Positions 11,164-20,406 of a stretch of DNA of 60,867 nt are shown here, piece after piece. The stretch is from Anaerolineales bacterium (GTDB taxonomy: Bacteria; Chloroflexota; Anaerolineae; Anaerolineales; E44-bin32), in contig JARRJK010000001.1 in the NCBI GenBank assembly GCA_037379555.1, positions 1 to 60,867 on the forward strand, read 5' to 3'. The notes under the pieces are model-generated. The model saw only the letters and a list, made by a program, of their open reading frames with translations. It searched no databases and was not told the DNA's origin. The stretch's first letter is position 1; every line of letters starts with the position of its first letter. The position numbers were made by a program, and so were the translations under genes.

Positions 11164-11927
11164 GGCACAACCTCCATCGGCTGCTCGGGCAATATTTCCT
11201 GCAGGATGCGCTGGATCCCGCGCAGGAACGCATCGAAGACGCTGACCCGGGCTTCAAGCGAACCAACCTGATCGGACAGCGCTGACACGGTGGAGTCGAG
11301 CTCTTCTATAGCGGCTCGTGTCGTATCCACCGCCTCACGCACGGCGTTGAAATCCCCCTCGAGCGCCGTCATTCGGCCGCTGAGGCCTTCAACCGCTTGC
11401 AGTCGGGTCTCGATCGAGTCGATGCTGGAACCGAGGTCAGCGAGTTGGGTTTCTGCGGCCATCGCCCTTCGGCTTAGTTGGCGCACGCTCTCGGTCCGCT
11501 CGATATTCAACGTGCCGTTGATCCCCGCCATGATCGCCAGGGTCAGCACGACCGCAAGAATGATGCCCGCCAAACCGGTTCCAAGGGAAATCATGAGCAC
11601 GAACCGGCGTGAAACAAATCCCTCCGGATGCACAGGGCTTGATCCTGGCTGCATAGCGTGCCTCTCCGGTGCAGGCGAGGCGGATCGTGCATCCACCTGC
11701 GCCTTATTTTCGGGCTCAGCACCATCTTCGAAGGAAAGGTAGGGACGCATACGCTCGAGGAGCTTGGGACCGATCCCGGAGACCTGCAGCAGCTCCTCCG
11801 CCGAGTTGAAGGGACGGCGCGCAATGATCCGCTCCGCTAACGCCTGCCCGACGCCGGGCAGCGTGGTCAGGATTTCCTGACTGGCTCGATTTGGATTCAC
11901 CTGCTTAGGTTGATCAGGCACGTGCAT
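11160..11927 (-). CDS. ComEA-type helix-hairpin-helix domain protein with TM helix and C-terminal coiled coil
   Basis: NRASQEILTTLPGVGQALAERIIARRPFNSAEELLQVSGIGPKLLERMRPYL (HhH pair), then RRFVLMISLGTGLAGIILAVVLTLAIMAGI TM, then coiled coil. AGGAGG is only 1 nt from ATG 11927, so GTG 11921 may be the real start. Confidence 0.7.
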   Translation of the reverse strand: MHVPDQPKQVNPNRASQEILTTLPGVGQALAERIIARRPFNSAEELLQVSGIGPKLLERMRPYLSFEDGAEPENKAQVDARSASPAPERHAMQPGSSPVHPEGFVSRRFVLMISLGTGLAGIILAVVLTLAIMAGINGTLNIERTESVRQLSRRAMAAETQLADLGSSIDSIETRLQAVEGLSGRMTALEGDFNAVREAVDTTRAAIEELDSTVSALSDQVGSLEARVSVFDAFLRGIQRILQEILPEQPMEVVP

Positions 11928-12004
11928 CCCTCCTTGCCCAGTTCAAGCGTCCGCAAGGACGTGCGGGGTCTGGGCGGCACTCATCACTCAGCGTTATGGA
12001 TCGC

Positions 12005-12697
12005 TCAACCATAGCGCCAGGGATCACCTTGATGGTGAGTAATCGTTACCTGTGGCCGGCGGACGAAAAAGCGCACGATGATGTATCCGAACACAAAGCC
12101 GCCGATGTGGGCCCACCAGGCGATTCCGCCCATGGCCACACTGCTGACGGTCAAGCCGCTGAAGACCTGCAGGACGAACCACAAACCGAGGAAGACGACC
12201 GCTGGCACTTCGATGAACCAGGGCAGGATGAAGAGCGGGACAAAGGTCAAAACCCTGGCGCGGGGAAACAGGTAGAAATACCCCCCCAGCACGCCAGCTA
12301 TGGCTCCGCTCGCGCCCACCGTGGGATCTTTCAAACTTGGATCGATGAAGACGTAGACTAGAGCGGCAGCCACGCCGGAAAGCAGGTAGAAGGAGAGATA
12401 ACGGACCGAACCCATGCGGTCTTCCACATTGTCACCGAAGATGAAGAGAAACCACATGTTGCTCAGCACATGAAACCAACTGCCGTGCAGGAACATCGAA
12501 GTGAATATCGTAAGCAGGCTGTGCGCGCTGGTCAGTGTGAAATTGGCCGGGATCAATCCAAAGGATCCCAGCAGAGTCTGGAAACCGCGCTGGGACAGCG
12601 CCGACTCGAATAGAAAGATGAGGATGTTTGCTGCGATCAGTGCGTAATTTACGATCGGAACGGAACGACTGCGGATCGTATCACGTATGGGGAACAT
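12005..12697 (-). CDS. Rhomboid-family intramembrane serine protease
   Basis: FLHGSWFHVLSNMWFLFIFG, catalytic GASGAIAGVLG and HIGGFVFG; six or more TM segments. Confidence 0.9.
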   Translation of the reverse strand: MFPIRDTIRSRSVPIVNYALIAANILIFLFESALSQRGFQTLLGSFGLIPANFTLTSAHSLLTIFTSMFLHGSWFHVLSNMWFLFIFGDNVEDRMGSVRYLSFYLLSGVAAALVYVFIDPSLKDPTVGASGAIAGVLGGYFYLFPRARVLTFVPLFILPWFIEVPAVVFLGLWFVLQVFSGLTVSSVAMGGIAWWAHIGGFVFGYIIVRFFVRRPQVTITHHQGDPWRYG

Positions 12698-12710
12698 ACC
12701 GTCTCCGTTG

Positions 12711-12741
12711 AAACAACAATGGGCGGCATTTGCCGCCCATT
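12711..12741 (-). terminator. Intrinsic terminator after hsp20
   Basis: Minus strand AATGGGCGGCA-aa-TGCCGCCCATT followed by GTTGTTT. Confidence 0.6.
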
Positions 12742-12763
12742 GTACCTCAGAAGGTCCGCTGCT

Positions 12764-13159
12764 TTAGCGAGCCTTTACCTGAATGGTCTTCGGCCGTGCT
12801 TCCTCAGCCTTCGGGATACGCAATGTGAGCAGGCCGTTCTCGATTCTGGCTTCTGCATGCTGGGCATCGAGCGGAGCCGGCAGCCTCAAGCTGCGTTCGA
12901 AACCACCCCGGGGGATCTCACGCAGAAGGGTCGCTTCCGATTCGCTCTCCTGATCCTCGATATCCGCACGCAGCGTGACGACATCCTCGAGGATCTGAAT
13001 CTTCAGATCTTCGGCTTTGAGGCCGGGGACTGGCGCGCTGATCACAAACTCATCATCGCGGGCATGCACATCGAGCGGCAGTCGCCGCCCGCCGTTGAAA
13101 CCCACAGGGTTGTATCGAACCCAGCGTCCACTCCTGCGCGGCATCACATAGTAGGTCAT
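12764..13159 (-). CDS. Hsp20/alpha-crystallin small heat-shock protein
   Basis: VDVHARDDEFVISAPVPGLKAEDLKIQILEDVVTLRA.., ENGLLTLRIPK alpha-crystallin core; AAGGAG RBS. Confidence 0.9.
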   Translation of the reverse strand: MTYYVMPRRSGRWVRYNPVGFNGGRRLPLDVHARDDEFVISAPVPGLKAEDLKIQILEDVVTLRADIEDQESESEATLLREIPRGGFERSLRLPAPLDAQHAEARIENGLLTLRIPKAEEARPKTIQVKAR

Positions 13160-13416
13160 TGTTCCTCACTCCTTATGTTGTAGTTGCACCCATATTTCTG
13201 ATGTTATCGATCATATCCATCCATGATCAGAGCTATGCAAAATGAACGTTGGAACTCTATTAACGCCGCTCCAGATGCTACGTTAATCACGCGCCAACAT
13301 TCATCATATGTCCGGACCCTACAATCAAATTGGCCCCAGGCTGTGGGTGGAAGGTATGCATGCCCGGGCCGGGGCGAAGATGGACGAATCTATGGAACTT
13401 TACAGGAGTATTGGTT

Positions 13417-16020
13417 ATGGACCTTGAACGGTATACGCAAAAAGCGCAATCAGCGCTGATGCAGGCGCAGAACCTGGCACGCGAGCTTGGCCATGCCTCG
13501 ATCGAGCCAGAGCACCTGCTGCTGGCGCTGCTTCAACAGCCCGAGGGGGTTGTTTCCACCATCGTGACACAGATAGCTGGCAGCACGGCAATGCTGCAGC
13601 AGGAGCTTGAGAGCACCCTCGATCGGCGGCCAAAAATGGTCGGTGGGGGTGAACAGCCCGGCCTGGCTCGATCAACATCCGATGCGCTTTCAGCGGCCGA
13701 AAAACAGGCCGCGGCCATGAAAGATGAATATGTATCAACCGAGCACCTGCTGCTGGCCTTGGCCGCCGGGCCGCTCTCAGAGATCATGAACTCCTTCGGC
13801 ATCACAACGGAAGCGATTTTGAAGGTGCTTACCACCATTCGCGGCTCGCAGCGCGTCGTCACCCCCAACCCGGAGGACACGTTCCAGGCGCTTGAGAAGT
13901 ACGGCCGGGATCTGACCCAACTCGCCCGCCGAGGCAAGCTCGATCCGGTAATTGGACGCGATGAGGAGATCCGGCGCCTGATCCAGGTGCTTTCACGGCG
14001 GACGAAAAACAACCCGGCGCTTATCGGAGATCCTGGAGTTGGCAAGACCGCCATCGTGGAAGGACTGGCCCAGCGTATCGTCAACGGCGATGTGCCGGAA
14101 GGATTGAAGAACAAACGCATCGTGCAGCTCGATCTCGGCGCCCTGGTAGCTGGTTCGAAGTACCGCGGCGAGTTCGAGGAGCGCCTGAAAGCTGTCCTGA
14201 CGGAGATCACCGACGCGGCTGGCGAGATCCTGCTCTTTGTTGATGAGATGCATACCGTCGTCGGCGCCGGTGCAGCAGAGGGCGCGATGGATGCCGGGAA
14301 CATGTTAAAGCCGATGCTCGCTCGCGGCGAACTGCACATGATCGGCGCCACAACGCTCGACGAGTATCGCAAATACATCGAAAAGGACGCCGCGCTGGAG
14401 CGCCGCTTCCAGCCGGTCTACATCGCCGAGCCGAGCGTGGAGGACACGATCAGCATCCTGCGCGGCCTCAAGGAGCGCTACGAAATCCACCATGGTGTGC
14501 GCATTCAGGACAGTGCCGTGATCGCTGCCGCCACGCTTTCTCACCGCTATATTGCCGATCGCTTCCTGCCGGATAAAGCTATCGACCTGATTGACGAAGC
14601 GGCAGCCCGTCTTCGGACCGAAATCGATTCGAAACCCCAGGCGCTGGATGAAGTCGATCGGCAGATCATGCAGCTGGAGATCGAGCGTGAGGCGTTGAAG
14701 AAGGAAAAAGATAAAGCCTCGCGCGCCAGACTTGAGAAGCTGGAGGGCGAACTGGCCGATCTGCGCGAAGAATCGAGCCAGCTCACCAGCCGCTGGCAAG
14801 CCGAGAAAGGCGTGATTGGCGAAATCCGGGAGGTCAAAGGCCAGCTCGAAGAAACCCGGCTGCAAATCGAGCGCGCGGAACGCCAGGCGAACCTGGAGGA
14901 GGCAGCACGCCTGCGTTATGGCACCCAGCGCGAGCTTGAGACCCGGCTCGAAGAGCTCGAATCACGACTGCGCGAAACGCAGTCCGACAGCCCGCTGCTC
15001 AAGGAGGAAGTCGACGCTGAAGACGTCGCCAACGTCGTCTCGCACTGGACCGGTATTCCGGTCTCACGCCTGCTGGAAGGCGAGATGCAGAAGCTCCTGC
15101 ACATGGAGGAACGCCTGCATCAGCGCGTAATTGGCCAGGACGAGGCTGTGCGGGCCGTCTCGAACGCGGTCCGCCGTGCCCGCTCCGGATTACAGGACCC
15201 CGACCGCCCGATCGGATCCTTCATCTTCCTCGGTCCGACTGGCGTTGGAAAGACCGAACTGGGTCGAGCCCTGGCCGAATTCCTGTTCGACGATGAGCGC
15301 GCCATGGTGCGCATCGATATGGGTGAGTACCAGGAAAAACACACCGTCTCGCGCCTGATCGGCGCGCCTCCTGGATATGTTGGTTATGAAGAGGGCGGCC
15401 AGCTGACGGAAGCCGTCCGGCGCCGCCCGTACAGCGTGATCCTCTTCGATGAAATCGAAAAGGCTCATCACGAAGTGTTCAACGTCCTGCTGCAGCTGCT
15501 CGACGACGGCCGCCTGACGGATGGGCAGGGCCGTACGGTCGATTTCCGCAACACCGTCGTGATCATGACCAGCAACCTTGGCACAGAACTCTGGGACGAT
15601 GCGGCAGGCAGCACAGAGGCGACCGAGGCGAAGGTGCGTGAGCTGCTAACCCAACACTTCCGCCCCGAGTTTCTCAACCGGATCGACGAGATCGTGATCT
15701 TCCATCGGCTGACGATGGATGACCTGAAGCAGATCGTCGAAATCCAGCTCAAGCGCGTTCGCTCGCGGATGGCCGATCAGGGATTTGGTCTCGAGTTGAG
15801 CGATTCAGCCAAAGCCTATTTGGCCGAGAAAGGTTATGAGCCGGTCTACGGCGCCCGCCCGCTAAAACGCACGCTGCAGCGCGAATTGCAGGATCCGCGT
15901 GCCCTGCACAGACTGGCCGGCGATGTCAAGCCTGGCGAGACAATTCGTGTTGAGCGCGGATCCGACGGATTAGAGTTCGAGGCGATCAAACCCGCGGAGA
16001 TGTCCGAGCAAGCCGCCTGA
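13417..16020 (+). CDS. clpB: ATP-dependent chaperone/disaggregase ClpB
   Basis: Clp N domain, two Walker A motifs ([16 protein letters not shown]), long coiled-coil middle domain. AGGAG lies 8 nt before ATG 13417. ORF track start 13330 is an upstream extension. Confidence 0.95.
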   Translation: MDLERYTQKAQSALMQAQNLARELGHASIEPEHLLLALLQQPEGVVSTIVTQIAGSTAMLQQELESTLDRRPKMVGGGEQPGLARSTSDALSAAEKQAAAMKDEYVSTEHLLLALAAGPLSEIMNSFGITTEAILKVLTTIRGSQRVVTPNPEDTFQALEKYGRDLTQLARRGKLDPVIGRDEEIRRLIQVLSRRTKNNPALIGDPGVGKTAIVEGLAQRIVNGDVPEGLKNKRIVQLDLGALVAGSKYRGEFEERLKAVLTEITDAAGEILLFVDEMHTVVGAGAAEGAMDAGNMLKPMLARGELHMIGATTLDEYRKYIEKDAALERRFQPVYIAEPSVEDTISILRGLKERYEIHHGVRIQDSAVIAAATLSHRYIADRFLPDKAIDLIDEAAARLRTEIDSKPQALDEVDRQIMQLEIEREALKKEKDKASRARLEKLEGELADLREESSQLTSRWQAEKGVIGEIREVKGQLEETRLQIERAERQANLEEAARLRYGTQRELETRLEELESRLRETQSDSPLLKEEVDAEDVANVVSHWTGIPVSRLLEGEMQKLLHMEERLHQRVIGQDEAVRAVSNAVRRARSGLQDPDRPIGSFIFLGPTGVGKTELGRALAEFLFDDERAMVRIDMGEYQEKHTVSRLIGAPPGYVGYEEGGQLTEAVRRRPYSVILFDEIEKAHHEVFNVLLQLLDDGRLTDGQGRTVDFRNTVVIMTSNLGTELWDDAAGSTEATEAKVRELLTQHFRPEFLNRIDEIVIFHRLTMDDLKQIVEIQLKRVRSRMADQGFGLELSDSAKAYLAEKGYEPVYGARPLKRTLQRELQDPRALHRLAGDVKPGETIRVERGSDGLEFEAIKPAEMSEQAA

Positions 16021-16102
16021 GCGGCGCCATCGAGATAGATTCCTCTGCGAGTTGACCGCGAGTCGAATAGGAAGTCAACCCCAGGTATGTCGTAAATACC
16101 AA

Positions 16103-16132
16103 CCGGAGGGCAGGTGCCCTCCGGTTAATTTT
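16103..16132 (+). terminator. Intrinsic terminator after clpB
   Basis: CCGGAGGG-caggtg-CCCTCCGG followed by TTAATTTT. Confidence 0.75.
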
Positions 16133-16152
16133 AACTGCTGCCTGGTGAAGAT

Positions 16153-16563
16153 TCAGCCGGCGACCACCGCTACAGTCTCGGAGGTGACGTTGAACTCCGG
16201 AGCGTGCTCGAAGTGTTTCTTCACCGCGCACAGTTCCGCCGTCCGCACCAGCGCCTGCTTGTACTTCTCGGGGAAACCCTCCGGCACCTCGATCTGCAGG
16301 TCGATCCGGGTCACCATGCCGCTCATGGGATTGCTGTGCATGCGCTGCAGAATGCGCACGCCTTCCGTCGGCAGCCCACGCTGGCGCAGAAAGCCAAGCA
16401 CATATATACCGGTGCAGGTCCCAATCGAAGCGAGGAAAGTCGCAAATGGCGTCGGCGCCGATCCTTCACCGCCGCCCATCGGAGGCTGATCGGTCTTCAC
16501 GGTGTAAGGACCAAAATTCGCGTCCACACGAGCGCCACCGGGAAAAGTAATCTCCATCTCCAT
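16153..16563 (-). CDS. OsmC/Ohr-family protein
   Basis: GGGEGSAPTPFATFLASIGTCTGIYVLGFL.. and C-terminal ELCAVKKH.. pattern typical of OsmC-like peroxiredoxins; AGGAG RBS. Confidence 0.75.
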   Translation of the reverse strand: MEMEITFPGGARVDANFGPYTVKTDQPPMGGGEGSAPTPFATFLASIGTCTGIYVLGFLRQRGLPTEGVRILQRMHSNPMSGMVTRIDLQIEVPEGFPEKYKQALVRTAELCAVKKHFEHAPEFNVTSETVAVVAG

Positions 16564-16623
16564 CGAATATACTCCTGAACTACTGGTCTCGTACCCTTTC
16601 GATGCAATAAAACCCTGCAGGTT

Positions 16624-16658
16624 ACAAATGAACAGGGACGGCTCAAGGCCGTCCCTGT
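16624..16658 (-). terminator. Hairpin terminator after the nfeD-FHA operon
   Basis: 11-bp stem ACAGGGACGGC/GCCGTCCCTGT, followed on the minus strand by TCATTTGT. Confidence 0.45.
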
Positions 16659-16680
16659 TAGCGCTTAACCGGCTCTGCGC

Positions 16681-17274
16681 CTAGAACCCGAACCAGCGCA
16701 GGGGAGCGTAGAGAACCTCCGGGTAGAACGCATCCATGAAGAACAGGGTTCCCACGCAAGCGAGAATGAGCACGAAGCAACCAATGGCCGCCAGTTGCCA
16801 CCCTCCCAGGCGCCTGCGCGGCGCCTCCGCTGCTGGTGGAGCTGGAGCCGCGCTCACGGCAGCAGCTGGCGCGGCGGGGGTGGGAGCAGGTGTCGGCCTG
16901 GCAGCTTGCTCCGGCTCCACGGTGGCCGGTGAGCCCGCCGGGCTGGCGACGGTCGCCGCCGCTTCTGGTGCCACGGCGTCGAACATCAGGTTGACATTCT
17001 CTCCAAACGCGACCAGATCGCCCGACTTGAGCACGCGCGGTGCCATCAGACGCTCGCTGTTCACGAAGGTACCGTTGGTCGATCCCAGGTCCTCGAGCAC
17101 ATACCCGCCCGGCGTGCGCGTCAGCCGGGCATGTTGGCGCGAGACCTCGGCGTCGCCGATCACAATCTCGTTCGTCACATCGCGCCCGATGGTCGACACT
17201 TCCTTTGTCAGTTCGAATACGGTACCGGGGTTCGGTCCGCTTCGAACAATCATCCGGTAGCCAGAGGTTGCCAT
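16681..17274 (-). CDS. FHA-domain protein with Pro/Ala-rich linker and C-terminal TM anchor
   Basis: IGRDVTNEIVIGDAEVSRQHARLTR..YVLEDLGSTNGTFVN (FHA), C-terminal WQLAAIGCFVLILACVGTLFFM. AAGGAGG lies 6 nt before ATG 17274. Confidence 0.85.
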   Translation of the reverse strand: MATSGYRMIVRSGPNPGTVFELTKEVSTIGRDVTNEIVIGDAEVSRQHARLTRTPGGYVLEDLGSTNGTFVNSERLMAPRVLKSGDLVAFGENVNLMFDAVAPEAAATVASPAGSPATVEPEQAARPTPAPTPAAPAAAVSAAPAPPAAEAPRRRLGGWQLAAIGCFVLILACVGTLFFMDAFYPEVLYAPLRWFGF

Positions 17275-17303
17275 AGAAGCCTCCTTGCCGCTTGCGCGCA
17301 AGT

Positions 17304-18644
17304 TTACATTTTCGGCGGAACGGAGTCAACCGGCTGCTTGCTGTATTTGCGCACAACCAGCTTCAGACCATCCACCCCGACAACCTGCACGCGTGTGCCC
17401 ACACCGAGCGTCTCATCATCTTCACCTTCCGCCGACCACAGCTCACCCGCTACCTGCACCATGCCGGATGGAGCCAGGGTTGTCCGGACCTGGCCGATCC
17501 GTCCGACGAGTGCCCTGGCGCCGGTTTCGACCGGCCGGCGCAAGCCGCGGATGGCAAACGCGACGATCGTCATGAAGAACGCCGCCGTTGCGATGCCCGT
17601 CCCCACAACCAGAGGGACCGAAACGCGCTGGAAATCGGGAGTGGAAGGCGAGTTGAAGAGTACCAGCGCCCCGACGATAAACGAAGCGACGCCTGCCACG
17701 GTCAGCGCTCCGTGGGTGGGCGCTTTTACTTCGAGGATGAATAGCACAAATGCGGTGATCAGGAACGCCAACCCAAACCAGTTCACCGGCAGAATGCCCA
17801 GTCCGTAGGTGCCAAGCGCCAGGCAGATCACGCCGATGAAGCCGGCGATCCATCCACCCGGGCTGGATATCTCGATCAGGATCGCCTGCACCCCAACGGT
17901 CAGGAGCAAGAATACGATGTTCGGGTTGGTGAGCACCTGCAGGAACTGCTCGATGAAGCGCTGGGGGACGGCCTCCACCTGCGCTCCCGCCGTCGACAGC
18001 ACCCGGCCTCCATCAACATCAACCGGGCGCCCATTGACCTGGCGCAGCAGATCCGGGACGTCGACGGCGATGATGTCGATCAAACCCACATCAAGCGCCT
18101 CCTCGGCCGAGACGGCCTTTGCCTCTTCGATCGTGGCCTCGGCCAGGGCCGTCGCCTGTGGACCCCGGTCCGCTGCCAGGCTGCGCACTGTGGCCTTGAG
18201 GATTTCCTTCTCCTTGGTTTCGATTGTCTGTTCGAGATCCTCGCCCTGGCCGCCAACAGGGCTGGCCGCGCCGATCGCTGTTTCTGGAGCCATCGCCGCC
18301 AGATGTCCGGCGAGCGTGATCACCGTACCCGCGCTGCCGGCGATCGCGCCGCGCGGCGCGACGTACACGATCACTGGCACCTCGCTGGCCCGGATCGCCT
18401 GCACGATGTCGTTCATCAAATCGATGGAGCCCCCTGGTGTATCCAACTTGAGTATCACCGCTTCCGCCTGTGAGTTGCTGGCCTGTGCAAGGCCGCGCTG
18501 GATGTATCCCACCATCGCCGGCGTCAGCGGCCCTTTGGCTTCCAGCAGGAGCACGCGCCCCACGCCCTGCGCCCGAACGGTCGACGGGACAAGCAGGAAC
18601 AGCAACACGAACAGCGAAAGCCAGCGGAAGACAGTTTTTCGCAT
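17304..18644 (-). CDS. NfeD-family membrane-bound serine protease (ClpP-class N-domain, TM block, C-terminal OB)
   Basis: Signal peptide, ..LDTPGGSIDL.., VAPRGAIAGSAGTVI (ClpP-like), four or more TM helices, C-terminal GMVQVAGELWSAEGE..VQVVGVDGLKLVV OB fold. Confidence 0.85.
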   Translation of the reverse strand: MRKTVFRWLSLFVLLFLLVPSTVRAQGVGRVLLLEAKGPLTPAMVGYIQRGLAQASNSQAEAVILKLDTPGGSIDLMNDIVQAIRASEVPVIVYVAPRGAIAGSAGTVITLAGHLAAMAPETAIGAASPVGGQGEDLEQTIETKEKEILKATVRSLAADRGPQATALAEATIEEAKAVSAEEALDVGLIDIIAVDVPDLLRQVNGRPVDVDGGRVLSTAGAQVEAVPQRFIEQFLQVLTNPNIVFLLLTVGVQAILIEISSPGGWIAGFIGVICLALGTYGLGILPVNWFGLAFLITAFVLFILEVKAPTHGALTVAGVASFIVGALVLFNSPSTPDFQRVSVPLVVGTGIATAAFFMTIVAFAIRGLRRPVETGARALVGRIGQVRTTLAPSGMVQVAGELWSAEGEDDETLGVGTRVQVVGVDGLKLVVRKYSKQPVDSVPPKM

Positions 18645-18661
18645 TTCTCCTACCTGCCCCG

Positions 18662-18667
18662 ATTATA
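18662..18667 (-). promoter_or_regulatory. -10 hexamer TATAAT upstream of nfeD
   Basis: Minus-strand TATAAT lies 17 nt before ATG 18644, with AGGAGAA in between. Confidence 0.35.
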
Positions 18668-18706
18668 TCCGCAGTTCACCGGACCACGCTTGTCCCGTCC
18701 ACTGTC

Positions 18707-18717
18707 TAGAATATAAT
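18707..18717 (+). promoter_or_regulatory. Overlapping -10-like hexamers TAGAAT/TATAAT upstream of the NERD-like gene
   Basis: TAGAATATAAT lies about 70 nt before ATG 18786. Confidence 0.35.
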
Positions 18718-18785
18718 GGTCCTGAAGTGAGGCCGAATGCGCCAAAAATGGCACGCATGCATGCAGAGAACTGACGGGTAGCATC

Positions 18786-19658
18786 ATGAGACATATCGAG
18801 CTCTCAGAGTTTCGAGATGAAGAAGGCCAGATCACGCTCGAAAACAGGATCAAGGCCAGTCTTCGCCATGGGTTGAGCTGGTACAACCAGATGCAAGCCC
18901 AGGACCAGGCCATCGAGAAACTCTCACGGGCTCTCGGTCCTGAACATGTCGTGATCACGAATCTGATGCTCGCCGGGACATCGATTCTGATCCCCATGAT
19001 CCTGCTCAGCCCGCAAGGCATCCGGGTCGTGCTGCCCAGCCCATTGAGTGGGGTCTTCCGGGCAAAAGGCGATGATTGGTTGAAATACGGCGGTGGAGGC
19101 TCGCAGCGCTTCTCTCCAGCCCGCCCGAATATCATGACAGACATCAGCGCGCTGGCTGATCTGGTGCACAGCTACCTGCGTGAGAAGGGGTACGATATCC
19201 CCGAGGTCGAGCCGGTCATTATCTTCACCAACCCCCGCACCCATATCGATACGCAGACTCCCTCCGTGCGCATCGTGCAGGCCGATGCCATCGACCGCTT
19301 CGCTGCCAAGCTGCTCGAAGACCCGTCGATCATGGATCAGGACGACATCAGGGATCTGGCGACGTTGCTGACCAAGCCACCGCCACCTCCAGAGGCGGAG
19401 AAACCTAAAGCCGCACCAGAAGTCAAGCCGCGACCGGTGGCACCAATCGACCTGCCGGAACCGACGACGCTTGAACAAGAGGCATTCTACAGCGGCGATT
19501 CGTCGGCGCTTACGCCCCGCAAGCAGCGCTCCCTGGCAGGCCGCCGGCTGCCGTTCACGCGCCGTCAAACAATCCTGCTGGGCGTAATGGTGCTCTTCGA
19601 GATCCTCGTGATCGCGGTTATGATCATGGTCGTGCTCGCCAATACCGTCTACAGCTGA
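18786..19658 (+). CDS. NERD-like domain protein (catalytic residues not evident) with Pro-rich linker and C-terminal TM helix
   Basis: GPEHVVITNLMLAGTSILIPMILLSPQGIRVVLPSPLSGVFRAKGDDW follows the NERD pattern, but the Asp and ExK positions read P and LPS. C-terminal ILLGVMVLFEILVIAVMIMVVL. Confidence 0.5.
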   Translation: MRHIELSEFRDEEGQITLENRIKASLRHGLSWYNQMQAQDQAIEKLSRALGPEHVVITNLMLAGTSILIPMILLSPQGIRVVLPSPLSGVFRAKGDDWLKYGGGGSQRFSPARPNIMTDISALADLVHSYLREKGYDIPEVEPVIIFTNPRTHIDTQTPSVRIVQADAIDRFAAKLLEDPSIMDQDDIRDLATLLTKPPPPPEAEKPKAAPEVKPRPVAPIDLPEPTTLEQEAFYSGDSSALTPRKQRSLAGRRLPFTRRQTILLGVMVLFEILVIAVMIMVVLANTVYS

Positions 19659-19683
19659 TCTCGCCGCGCAACAGGGATCTCCA

Positions 19684-20406
19684 TTGCCCCCTCTTCTCTC
19701 GATCGTCATTCCAGCCCATAACGAGGAAGTCCGCCTGCCAAGCACGCTCGAGCAGGTATGGACTTTTCTTGAGAGACAGTCCTTCGAGAGCGAGATTATC
19801 ATCGTTGAAAACGGCAGCAGCGACCATACGCTGGAGCTGGCACAGGCCTTCGCCCGCCGTCACCCTGCAGCGCAGGTGCTGCAGGAAACCGATGCCGGCA
19901 AAGGCCTGGCCGTGAGACGCGGCATACTCTATGCGCAGGGGGAATACCGCTTCATCTGCGACGCCGATCTCTCGATGCCAATCGAAGAGGTGTTGCGCTT
20001 CCTTCCCCCGCGCACGCCCGACTACGACATCGCGATCGCCTCGCGCGAAGTCCCCGGCGCCATACGCTATGGCGAGCCTGCCTACCGCCATCTGATCGGC
20101 CGTGTTTTCAATTTCATGGTGCGGACCATCACGCTGCCCGGCATTCAGGATACGCAGTGCGGCTTTAAGTGTTTCCGGGCGCGAGTTGCGGAAGACCTGT
20201 TCCACGTACAAACGATCGACGGCTGGACATTTGACGTCGAGCTGCTGTACGTCGCCCTGCAGCGCGGCTACCGCGTGATCGAAATCCCCATCCCCTGGTA
20301 CTATCATCCGGGAAGCCGGGTGCGGATCATCAGTGATTCCTTCCAGATGCTGGCTGATCTGTTCCGTATCCGCATCAATGATCTGCGGGGGCGCTATGCC
20401 CGTTAA
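19684..20406 (+). CDS. Family 2 glycosyltransferase (dolichyl-phosphate beta-glucosyltransferase-like)
   Basis: LSIVIPAHNEEVRLPSTL, ENGSSDHT, FICDADLS (DxD), QCGFKCF; TTG start at 19684. Confidence 0.85.
   Translation: MPPLLSIVIPAHNEEVRLPSTLEQVWTFLERQSFESEIIIVENGSSDHTLELAQAFARRHPAAQVLQETDAGKGLAVRRGILYAQGEYRFICDADLSMPIEEVLRFLPPRTPDYDIAIASREVPGAIRYGEPAYRHLIGRVFNFMVRTITLPGIQDTQCGFKCFRARVAEDLFHVQTIDGWTFDVELLYVALQRGYRVIEIPIPWYYHPGSRVRIISDSFQMLADLFRIRINDLRGRYAR

Noticed and set aside
12005-12697. The rhomboid protease as dedicated processor of the adjacent coiled-coil membrane trio.
   Set aside because: Adjacency is the only evidence. The trio are predicted N-in single-pass proteins, and I cannot evaluate substrate determinants from sequence alone. 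This is mentioned only as context.
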